Below, one piece after another: positions 57,401-64,000 of a stretch of DNA of 64,000 nucleotides. Made by a program: the position numbers and the translations under genes. Source of the stretch: Candidatus Melainabacteria bacterium. Its GTDB lineage: Bacteria > Cyanobacteriota > Vampirovibrionia > 2-02-FULL-35-15. The stretch is from the NCBI GenBank assembly GCA_023250155.1, contig JAHFBG010000009.1, forward strand, positions 18,826-82,825, read 5' to 3'. Positions within the stretch are counted from its first letter, which is position 1, and each line of letters opens with the position of its first letter. A model generated the notes under the pieces. The model worked only from the letters and a program-made list of their open reading frames with translations. It had not been told where the DNA came from and made no database searches.

Positions 57401-60355
57401 AAACTTAATTATTGCAAAGAGTCTTTTTGTCTTTTCTTCATTGTTACCACAAACTTCTGAATGCACTCTTCTTACCAGGGGAGCTATCTCTGTACCTACG
57501 GGCTGTAGTGTAGAACCTACCTGTCCAATTACTAAAGAAAGATTATTTCTTATTGCATCTACACTTACACTATTTCTTAAAGCATTAAATCTTGGTGCTA
57601 CAACTAACCTACGAGCAGCAAAAGAATAACCTAGGCTTATTCCTGGTATTGTTATAGCCTCAATTAAGGTATTACCCGTTATTGAGGTATTTGTATTATT
57701 TTCTTCTTGTGTCATTCTATGCTGAATCAGGCTGGAAGTATCTTCTGCCCAATTAGGATTTAAACCAAAGTTGAAGTGACCTACTCTATCTAAAATAAAA
57801 CTAGCTGCTTGGTTACTTCTGTTGTTAGCTAATATGGCTTGTATGGTTGTATCTATGTTTATTGAAGTTTGTCCTGTTAGTCTATTTAATATTTCTGGGG
57901 GCAAATTTTTAAGAGTTCTAATTACTGCTAATATTCTTACTGCTTTTTCTTCACCGATAGAAGGATTATTTTTAAGACTATTAAAGAGATTTCGCAGATT
58001 CTGCTGCTCTGGATTAACTGGATTGTTAGGAGGAAGTAGATAAAGACCATAACCATCATTTCTAAAATTACTGAAATATGATTGTAAAGTTGTTCCTATA
58101 CTAGCTCTAAATCTTTCAATATCTGCTATTTCTGTTGGTGAACCATTTATCTGATCAATACTTTGAGGGACTCTTTGTTGTAGAGCTTGAAAATCAGCCA
58201 TTAAACGATTTATAGTTTGGGGTGAAATGCTAATTCCATTTCTTCTTTGTCTCTCAAGTTCTTCTAGTCTCTCTTGAAGTTGTTGTGCCTGTCTATTAAC
58301 TGGAGATATAACTAAGTCTAGCTGTACAGGATATCGATCTAATATGAACTCTGCCATGTCTACGCCTAGTCCAGTTGTAAGTTGTTCTCGTCGTCTTTGA
58401 GTAGGATCTGTTATTAAGCTATCCATTCCTCGTTGATATTGCCTATGTAATCTCTCCATAGCAGAACGTAAAGAGGTTTCTAACTCATCTAGATTTTTCC
58501 CTCTAAGTTGAACCCCGCAGAGCTGTTCTATTTCTTGTAAAGTACTATCATCAGGTCGTCTTCTATCATCACGTACCAAGTGCCAAGCTTCTCTTACTCT
58601 TCCATAAACTCTTCTATGATTTTCTACAAAAGCTATTTTATACCATCTTAGTGTTTGATTTAGAAAAGCAAGCTCAGGATTTGGTGGGGCTTGTGGGTTA
58701 GGAGGATTAAGAGTCAGCCGTCCAATTCTATTTACTACTCCTTCCATTGTCCTTAAAAGTTCTCCCTCTTGATGGGTAGTTAGACGTGTGTTAGGTGGAA
58801 TAGGACGAATAAAGTCCCTAAATGGACTAGTTAAACCAGGATCCCATGAATTAGCCGTTGGACTAACCGTCATTAGTCTTCTGACTAATAAGTGATTGCT
58901 ACCAGAAAATAGTCTCCAGGTAGTAAATGTTGCCTGCTCCATATGAGTAAGTACTTGTGAATTGGGATCTTGAATATGTTGAAGGTGTTTTTTAATTAGT
59001 CTTTTAATTTCTTTTTCATAATCAGTATCATGTATGCTTTCATAATCCGCATAAATTTTCAACTGAGCATCAGTAAGGAATTGTCCGTTGTTCATTGCAT
59101 TACGAACAGGGGCAAATTGTGCTTCTATTTGTTGGTTCCTTGCTCGATCTGCTCTTATCCTTGCTTGTATAGTTTTATAATTAGTATTATATGTGGTAAG
59201 TCCAGCATTAAGTATCGTTCTTTCATCTACCGTTAATTGTTCACCTTGAATATAACTTCTTATATATAGTCGAGCTAAGTGTCTTTGTTCTGGAAGATGA
59301 AACCTACGCCAACATTCAGCTTGTGTAAGTATTGTTCCAGGAGGTTCATTAACATTATCTATAACGGCTGGAATGATTGGATTGTTAGGGTTATTGGGAT
59401 TGTTTAGTACTGTAAATTCAATAGCACACTGTTCAGCTGCTTCTATGTTGTTTCCTCTTAATATAAAATATTTAATCCAGTCACGTGGATGAAGAGTTCG
59501 TCCTATATTTATTTGCTGTTGCAAGACAGTTATTTCATCAGAGTGACTATCAAGATTCAGTAATATTAATTCCTGAAGAATTCGAGGCATTGTTTTTTTA
59601 GGAGTATTGTCACCATTACCGATAGGAATATTATTTAAGTTAAGTAAAGGAATATTCAAGACGCCTACAGGAGCAGGAAGATTTCCACCAATTGCAGGAG
59701 CATCAAATGGCTTTTTATCATAATATCTTGCAATTGATCTTACTAAATCAGGTGATGCATTATTTAAAAGGAGATATTCCAAAAATTCATCCAATGAAAG
59801 ACCCTGACCTTTATTTCGGTTTTGATTAAATCTTTGTTCGAGAATATTTCTCCTTTCATTTCTTTGATGTTCAGATAAACTAGCCAGTCTGTCCTTAATT
59901 TCTTTAAGGTTTTTAGGAAGTGGTTTTGAAACTCCAGTTAAGATATCCACATCTACATCCCACTCATCAGATAGGTCTTGATTCCCATTAACTGGTACAA
60001 AAGCATCACCTTGAACTGGTTTAGGTTTATCAATTTGTGGTGGAGGTGGGCTTACAAATAAAGATATTTCTTCTCCATTACTGAATCTTAAGGTATATCT
60101 TCCTGCTGCTCTATATGGATCAGCCTCTGGATTAAAGTTAAACTTCCCGTTTTGATCTATGCTAAAACCACTATTATATTCAAATCCTGGTTGTGTAAAT
60201 GCTGTTGCTCCATGAGAGGTTGCTCTTACTCCAGTGATTGTTACTCCTTGTGGAAGCTGAATAGTTCCTTGTACTCCTACACCTGCTTGTATTGGTGGCA
60301 ATGTTTCTATTGCTTGAGGTGGTTGTGAATACTGATTTTGTCTAATTGCAGTCAT
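51449..60355 (-). CDS. Giant (2968 aa) protein with hydrophobic segment, two HEXXH zincin motifs and C-terminal PD-(D/E)XK nuclease; candidate polymorphic toxin B
   Basis: No signal peptide seen; short beta-rich N-domain; long helical region; GGLICSIGAMAVTIATCGGGAPLLVAALAGTVGGIVG; HESRH and HEIAH; GLTYELKAAR..GEIDIVA..YIETKNT. Confidence 0.8.
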   Translation of the reverse strand: MTAIRQNQYSQPPQAIETLPPIQAGVGVQGTIQLPQGVTITGVRATSHGATAFTQPGFEYNSGFSIDQNGKFNFNPEADPYRAAGRYTLRFSNGEEISLFVSPPPPQIDKPKPVQGDAFVPVNGNQDLSDEWDVDVDILTGVSKPLPKNLKEIKDRLASLSEHQRNERRNILEQRFNQNRNKGQGLSLDEFLEYLLLNNASPDLVRSIARYYDKKPFDAPAIGGNLPAPVGVLNIPLLNLNNIPIGNGDNTPKKTMPRILQELILLNLDSHSDEITVLQQQINIGRTLHPRDWIKYFILRGNNIEAAEQCAIEFTVLNNPNNPNNPIIPAVIDNVNEPPGTILTQAECWRRFHLPEQRHLARLYIRSYIQGEQLTVDERTILNAGLTTYNTNYKTIQARIRADRARNQQIEAQFAPVRNAMNNGQFLTDAQLKIYADYESIHDTDYEKEIKRLIKKHLQHIQDPNSQVLTHMEQATFTTWRLFSGSNHLLVRRLMTVSPTANSWDPGLTSPFRDFIRPIPPNTRLTTHQEGELLRTMEGVVNRIGRLTLNPPNPQAPPNPELAFLNQTLRWYKIAFVENHRRVYGRVREAWHLVRDDRRRPDDSTLQEIEQLCGVQLRGKNLDELETSLRSAMERLHRQYQRGMDSLITDPTQRRREQLTTGLGVDMAEFILDRYPVQLDLVISPVNRQAQQLQERLEELERQRRNGISISPQTINRLMADFQALQQRVPQSIDQINGSPTEIADIERFRASIGTTLQSYFSNFRNDGYGLYLLPPNNPVNPEQQNLRNLFNSLKNNPSIGEEKAVRILAVIRTLKNLPPEILNRLTGQTSINIDTTIQAILANNRSNQAASFILDRVGHFNFGLNPNWAEDTSSLIQHRMTQEENNTNTSITGNTLIEAITIPGISLGYSFAARRLVVAPRFNALRNSVSVDAIRNNLSLVIGQVGSTLQPVGTEIAPLVRRVHSEVCGNNEEKTKRLFAIIKFLESRPAFLKETFGMDKFDIKETLTNLLDINHTSSLKTFLKEVMCAPNWNLVQERVNYVSNRMIQEARRRSPNYAPGVHPYGEQNHPPTVNGQVNINLIRQNDGGLTNNTITQLNQLSSNINLLRSRANNLRATSFAQILYSHGFRDIPNSGINIGFGIEVGGITVQSIAQQVTSQYSEEELRKLYANIETYNTLPPELKRLINPAYVDNSDNIKRLENESNSITNELNTLAADIRRKTRNTIEILGTEITIPDRALQVISGKIIEILGTEITVPDRALQVISGKTIEILGTEITVPDRALQVISGLSEAERGTLYANIRRYNDLQLKSQELKDQAQQLRDQNNISSINITGQLVNGTFNNNSSHNFLLGNNLTQKLQELLRERRDNENELNQTLKRLGQRSNNTLTNLERGIANRERIVDIFNDSYWRQHDQNRALQGLNFYSNKIKELQTQLGESQRQSLSIEIAFHTQRIIELRLKGDTIEANVKLRELLNRHGMHLSYLSPTIWGMIIGPGGLIESQGRQGLQRRELELTRNLFNEDSNTRFTNTLAFLQPTTNHRPTHSVAYSCAIRNITDGNPTLLTTSHAVGRINNIAMTINGLVQANLKGGRYTSTEVVNFVRAQAEEMERLRSELHKNGHVTKLTQQLEDLKKLEEQIKQTTGNTELKRDIRKSIETYEGILKVLNNDGIKKFCDFVKDPAKFNSHSWADWFRNDGLKMLGGLICSIGAMAVTIATCGGGAPLLVAALAGTVGGIVGSDLGGYVNHQIQHSYNNNYNGLPMIMRLGEQTYTPDRELGINGSTSTITLESLEDHYGERFYQDFCMAFVGGVVSQTSGAFARALVLGPAARSLSIRQSITRLASRIRTIESGTRGTPLHGQAMSFLNILRAETISQLGTMARVEPLRAGLEELFGHQAGHLALIIDCTIMGTRHGIRQGHAESISGFAGGAIRLNETNRAMPFTYDTSTPALRTALERFLNTARERGCFVQRTGERIIIWQAGNAPLILHPHSSIQAHTPQVNGNSHVTPPFQNHQNTPSREFYANLERSVYQEVARANQNGHDISRRTVREIFEGVPGERLSHSEIETRANQVLNEYFKDIPVAARPKIEFVDLPGSTYGSYNPTNHTIRLNRNIFNHLVKGNNQNPLAGILHQHFRDTIIHESRHAQSAMLLSRIPEAQVQNFLRQEAFNLLQQGNISQGEPGTPHGRINMPESCHNDLRALVEKHIGNNSSRNVLEQDVANFIKNHRAILERNFTNLDLASREVLMRRVLTNTLETQNVAFQAILQRRVPQANNLPPLNIENDAARIALRNNFRERIVVRENYMIMIDERANMRYFSTPEEYHARQEFTRIRRDRIINDLNTLREVGNPSPELKPIIEALGRELQACNTILEINVLNRRTQHLLDLLNRSSHGNNPNNFVANNLQRLQQLRLLELKLKGLPQLHEQVLETSVRNRTLREIQEFYSKNNITPEMQRQLASIPHENLPLEVRNSNAFQYANRDGRRVTFEIDPTLPANRPAHAEVRVNPNGTRETIIRVKDAGTLNNSRIIEHEIAHANRRTGIIDPVRQNGTKMSEPEYLARRALEEFNVRARRNPGEAPHGPNAEHSRRIQELIRQNKLKEAIEYAEANGLRNYMQGFKADYQYNVNRNPRTQALVQIGNHNPLGEAINNAISNIDKLPLNMPQEIKNTLRRRLESIRELQGLSQEHEGLLNIVLNDLQTPGALNLNSVSRIQTDLANLHRTIIAERFLQNVPVQLGLHMDPQFQQRLNRFLAEVDNHLPVTSPLSSDRGLHIAQEFLSEFNSLIRHPNMTQQARADLLQALQGNGHKGGFIGKPGASSKDLQGLTYELKAARLLIEEGYTIERLGLKLKDTIIDGINRGAGEIDIVAIAPNGTKHYIETKNTNAAMIEKISKKPDQLIRLIHTAQTNNGKAFLSIGGDSIEIQVASNNNPPSLTGNILTVPKNYNTNPEFHKRLITIFEKRGN
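56487..56680 (-). repeat. Three 66-bp tandem repeats encoding (T/I)IEILGTEITVPDRALQVISG(K)
   Basis: Near-identical units start at 56487, 56553 and 56619. Confidence 0.92.
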
Positions 60356-60384
60356 TTATTTTCTTTGCTAATAGGTTAGATACA

Positions 60385-60433
60385 CTAGAATAAAAGTAGT
60401 GGTAGAAATTATCTATATAGTAAGTAAGTACTA
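60385..60433 (-). promoter_or_regulatory. Shared promoter motif copy 1 (upstream of toxin B)
   Basis: Minus strand: TAGTAC-ttactta-CTATATAG-N16-CTTTTATTCTAG. Confidence 0.7.
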
Positions 60434-60482
60434 TCTAATAGCAAAGTAAGATTAAATAAAATTTATTTAATCTTACACAAAA

Positions 60483-60532
60483 TAGTACAATAGGCCTATA
60501 TAGTATGTTTATACTCCTTCCTTTTATACTAG
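60483..60532 (+). promoter_or_regulatory. Shared promoter motif copy 2 (upstream of LRV-repeat gene)
   Basis: TAGTAC-aataggc-CTATATAG-N17-CTTTTATACTAG; contains the -10-like TATACT. Confidence 0.7.
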
Positions 60533-60558
60533 GATAGAAATTCTAGATAGGAGTATTT

Positions 60559-61959
60559 ATGGCAAACATTTTTAGTCTATTTAATATAGCTTCAAGTTCT
60601 ATATCTACAGTATTAGGGCAAAATCCACCGCCAGTGGGTAATCTGCCAACACCTGTAGTTCCTCAAAATGATCGTTTTGCAAAAAATAACAGACCTCATC
60701 CTCAAGTAACAGAAGAACAATTCAATACCTTGATTCAAAATCTAGGCTCTGGTCCATTTGCTACAAGGCAAGCAGCATCAGCACAACTAAGAGAACTTAT
60801 TAATAACTGTCCATTAAATCAACTCCCTGCTTTCCTTGCAAGGCTTAGTAATGAAAGAACACGCAGTAGTGATTTAGAAGTTAAACGCAGAATTACACTT
60901 GCACTTAGAGCTACTAATAATAATCTTATTAATAGAGTAAATATTGAACAGAATGCTGAAACTAAATTAAATTGCATAGCCGCCCTTGCTCAAGTAGGAA
61001 CATTAGATTTTGGTAATAGAAATCATAGAGAATTATTTAACTTTTTATTTACAAATATAAATGGACTTCCACAAAATACAATAACTTCAGTAAGTCAAGC
61101 AATCATTAATCGTATTAGTGGTCCTAATGGTGTAAAAGAAAGAAGACAACTTGCACAACATGAAAATGCTCCTCCACAAATATTAACCATACTAGCTAGT
61201 GATCAAGAGCGTGGTGTAAGACTTGATGTTGCAAGACATCGAAATACGCCTGCTCCAGTATTAACAACTCTTGCTGGTGATCAAGATGTTGGAGTAAGAG
61301 ATAGAGTTGCAAGGAATCCAAATACTCCTGCTCCAACATTAACAACTCTGGCTAGTGATCAAAATATTGACATAAGACGTACTGTTGCAATAAATCCAAA
61401 TACTCCTGCTCTAGCATTAACCACTCTGGCTAGCGATCAAGATATTGATATAAGGTGTATTGTGGCAGTACATCCAAATACACCTGCTCCAGCATTAACA
61501 ACTCTTGCAGGTGATCAAGATGTTGACATAAGACGTTCTGTTTCAATACATCAAAACACATCAGCTCCAGCATTAACAACTCTTGCAGGGGATCAAGATG
61601 TACTGGTAAGACGTGCTGTTGCATGGAATCCAAATACACCTGCTCTAGCCTTAACCACTCTCGCAGGTGATCAAGATGCCATGGTAAGAAGTAATGTTGC
61701 TAGTCATAGGAATACACTTGCTCCAGTATTAATTACTCTCGCTGGCGATCAAAATATTGACATAAGACGTGCTGTTGCAATAAATCCAAATACACCTGCT
61801 CCAGCATTAACAACCCTTGCAGGTGATCAAGATGTTCAAATAAGACTTACTGTTGCACAACATCAAAATACACTAGCTCAAATATTAACTAATCTTACTC
61901 AAGATCAAGACCCTGCTGTAAGAGCTGCTGCTCAAAGAGCTTTGAATTCTAGGAGATAA
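60559..61959 (+). CDS. HEAT/leucine-rich-repeat-variant (LRV) 24-aa repeat protein
   Basis: About 11 repeats of VRRAVAxNPNTPAPALTTLAGDQD; N-terminal LGSGPFATRQAASAQL; RBS AGGAG. Confidence 0.85.
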   Translation: MANIFSLFNIASSSISTVLGQNPPPVGNLPTPVVPQNDRFAKNNRPHPQVTEEQFNTLIQNLGSGPFATRQAASAQLRELINNCPLNQLPAFLARLSNERTRSSDLEVKRRITLALRATNNNLINRVNIEQNAETKLNCIAALAQVGTLDFGNRNHRELFNFLFTNINGLPQNTITSVSQAIINRISGPNGVKERRQLAQHENAPPQILTILASDQERGVRLDVARHRNTPAPVLTTLAGDQDVGVRDRVARNPNTPAPTLTTLASDQNIDIRRTVAINPNTPALALTTLASDQDIDIRCIVAVHPNTPAPALTTLAGDQDVDIRRSVSIHQNTSAPALTTLAGDQDVLVRRAVAWNPNTPALALTTLAGDQDAMVRSNVASHRNTLAPVLITLAGDQNIDIRRAVAINPNTPAPALTTLAGDQDVQIRLTVAQHQNTLAQILTNLTQDQDPAVRAAAQRALNSRR

Positions 61960-62185
61960 TGCTACTTATAATTTGTATAAAAATACACTATAATCCTTAC
62001 CCAAAACTGAATAGTTTATTCTTTTGTTTTGCTGTCTTGATTTTTTCGACAAGCTATATGTGAGGAAATCTAGATAACGTAAAATTCTCAACTTAATCTA
62101 ATTGCCAGAAAAAGAATCATTACATAACAATAGTTAAGACTTCTTATATTTTTCTGTTGCATTTAATTTTAGAACTCAAGAACTA

Positions 62186-63412
62186 CTAACTTTGATATCT
62201 TCTTAAAAATTGTAATTGTCTAGCTTGTGGATTTTCATTTATGAAGTTTTGAAAGAATTGTCTTAAGGCTCGTGAATTAGGATTATTATTAGCATAGTCA
62301 AGGAAAGCACTAAGCTGTCCACCTGGGTGACCTTCATATCCTTGAAAGTATTCTCTTGCTTGATTGTAGAGGTTAGTGCGTTCTGTTGCATTTGTAGTTA
62401 AAAACATTTGTGCAATTCTTGCAACACCAGCAGTTACTTCATTTGTATGGCGAGGTATGCAATTATCAATGTTAAGTAAAGTTGTTAATGATGATAATAT
62501 TTCACTCAATTCTCCATTTTGATTTTGACTAAACCTTTCAAGTAAGTCACTTTGTCTAAGTTGTGGAGAGTTATTCCTAAACTGTTGAAAAAAATTTCTA
62601 ACCGCTTGAGAATCTCGTGCTTCTGTAGACATAGCAAATGTTCTTAATTGTCCTAAAGCAGCTATTTGTTCACGTACTCTTTGTTGAATTCTTTGTTTTT
62701 CTTCAGGTGTTCCTGGGAGAGGATTCTCAGGACTATCTTCTACTGATTGTTCTAATTGATTAAGTAGCATGTCAAATTCTTGTTCTAATCTTTGGCGTTT
62801 TTGTGAATCTGCCGGAGCAATAGCAGCTTCACTAATTGTTGAAACCATACTTAGTATCATTTCGCTTTCAGTAGGATTTTCTGGACTAAAAGAACCAATT
62901 ACTCTTCTAAGTGCACCATATAATGCTTGATTTTGATTTTGAGCAAATTGATTCATTAGATTAACTTGTGCTCTTTGAGGTGATTGATTTGAAAACTGTT
63001 GAAAAAACGTACGAACACTAGCAGTACTTCTACTTTCCATTGCAGATCTTCTTAAGTTTTGAAGTGCATTATAAAGATTAGGCATATCTTCTTGAATTTC
63101 ATTTAGCATATTGTCAACTTGTCTGGTTAGTGCGGGGCTTGGATTTAAAACTTCTTCTGCAATTATGTTTAATCTATCTAAGAATTCGTTGGGGTTACTT
63201 TGTCCTTGAGTAATTGCTTCTTGAAGTCGTGTACGCATAGCTCGTGGAAGAGTTATAATTTGTGCTTCTTGAGATCTTACTGTCCTAGGTGGATTTGCTG
63301 GGGTGGGATTTGCAGCAAAGTGTTGTTGTGGTACTGCTACAACATTCTGTCCTGGATTTGCCTGTTGAAATAGCCATGGTAATTGAATCCTTTGTAATAT
63401 TTGGGATATCAT
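62186..63412 (-). CDS. Hypothetical Gln-rich helical protein with three internal repeats
   Basis: VRTFFQQFSNQSPQ, VRNFFQQFRNNSPQ and LRQFFQNFINENPQ recur. Confidence 0.75.
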   Translation of the reverse strand: MISQILQRIQLPWLFQQANPGQNVVAVPQQHFAANPTPANPPRTVRSQEAQIITLPRAMRTRLQEAITQGQSNPNEFLDRLNIIAEEVLNPSPALTRQVDNMLNEIQEDMPNLYNALQNLRRSAMESRSTASVRTFFQQFSNQSPQRAQVNLMNQFAQNQNQALYGALRRVIGSFSPENPTESEMILSMVSTISEAAIAPADSQKRQRLEQEFDMLLNQLEQSVEDSPENPLPGTPEEKQRIQQRVREQIAALGQLRTFAMSTEARDSQAVRNFFQQFRNNSPQLRQSDLLERFSQNQNGELSEILSSLTTLLNIDNCIPRHTNEVTAGVARIAQMFLTTNATERTNLYNQAREYFQGYEGHPGGQLSAFLDYANNNPNSRALRQFFQNFINENPQARQLQFLRRYQS

Positions 63413-63454
63413 AAGTTTGTTTCCTTCGTTTTCTTTGCTAATAGACTAGATACA

Positions 63455-63503
63455 CTAGTATAAAAGTATTGGGAAAAATTATCTAAATAGTCCTTATGTA
63501 CTA
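63455..63503 (-). promoter_or_regulatory. Shared promoter motif copy 3
   Basis: Minus strand: TAGTAC-ataagga-CTATTTAG-N16-CTTTTATACTAG. 63429-63503 is 64/75 identical to 60359-60433. Confidence 0.72.
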
Positions 63504-63696
63504 TTTAGGTTATTAGCAAAATAAAAAAAAATTAATCTACAAAATTTGTCAACTTGTATTTTTAATAATTTCATCACCATCAGTTGTCGGATGTAGAAAT
63601 CGATTTGAACTTAATTGCATATATCCAGGAGGCAAGCCTCCTAGTTTTATGCTTCTCTTCGTGTGGTATAGATATAAAAGTTGATAGTGTTTAAGA

Positions 63697-64000
63697 TTAA
63701 GCAACACCTGTCAAGGCTCTATAAAATGGATCAGTGGCAGTAATAGCTGCTCCACTAAAACAAGAATGAATTAGAATACCTGTGCTGATGTCACTGGTAT
63801 ATCTATTCAGGAGAGCTTTAAAAGCATCTTCATTAAATCCTTCTGGCACTCTGTTTAAACCAAAAACATATCTTCTGCTTCCTTCTAAAATGCGGTTTGC
63901 AAGAGTAATTCCACTTTGAAATGTATTATTTGTAGTTATAGGAGAAACTCCAGTTACTCCATCATGAATACCATGCCCTAGGTACATAATATAAAGTCTT
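63697..64000 (-). CDS. 3' end of a gene with a caspase-like (clan CD) peptidase domain; starts beyond the window
   Basis: The frame is open to the window edge: RLYIMYLGHG ... GILIHSCFSGAA, a His-Gly / Ser-Cys dyad after hydrophobic strands. Confidence 0.65.
   Translation of the reverse strand, partial: RLYIMYLGHGIHDGVTGVSPITTNNTFQSGITLANRILEGSRRYVFGLNRVPEGFNEDAFKALLNRYTSDISTGILIHSCFSGAAITATDPFYRALTGVA

Noticed and set aside
61200-61900. 72-bp periodic repeats resembling a CRISPR repeat-spacer period
   Set aside because: The repeats are in-frame coding units with codon-level variation (LRV repeats), not constant repeats with unique spacers.
63550-63690. Open minus-strand frame and AGGAGGC-AA-GCCTCCT hairpin (63627-63642)
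   Set aside because: No convincing start for the frame, and the hairpin lacks a U-tract on the strand of the upstream gene, so neither a gene nor a terminator is supported.
1-64000. tRNA, rRNA, integrase or transposase genes
   Set aside because: None recognised by eye; the toxin loci show no integrase or att sites within the window.

Overview
AT-rich bacterial chromosomal window. The cyanobacterial-type SLH protein, Cph1/Rcp1-type two-component pair and heptamer repeats, with no photosynthesis genes, suggest a non-photosynthetic Cyanobacteriota relative (Melainabacteria/Vampirovibrionia); this is inference. Housekeeping content: pepP (partial), PilB/GspE ATPase, nadC, TolC and RND pump, mutS, three c-type cytochromes, a two-component cluster, HPPD-like/hmgA/FAH tyrosine catabolism, feoB, cpdA, ribD, acyl-CoA ligase, pyrR and a peptide ABC ATPase. 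The main candidate for a new system is a pair of ~3000-aa proteins (16054-25113 and 51449-60355). Their N-termini are unrelated, but they share a hydrophobic segment, a helical pre-toxin domain and a terminal PD-(D/E)XK nuclease motif, the layout of polymorphic toxins. The second gene is tightly coupled to a candidate immunity gene. Three decayed fragments homologous to that gene's C-terminus lie right behind the first toxin. The second toxin and two neighbours share a promoter motif that includes a LexA-box-like palindrome. Other oddities: a glycosyltransferase fused to an RND adaptor, zero-gap divergent start codons, and REP-like palindromes inside coding sequence.
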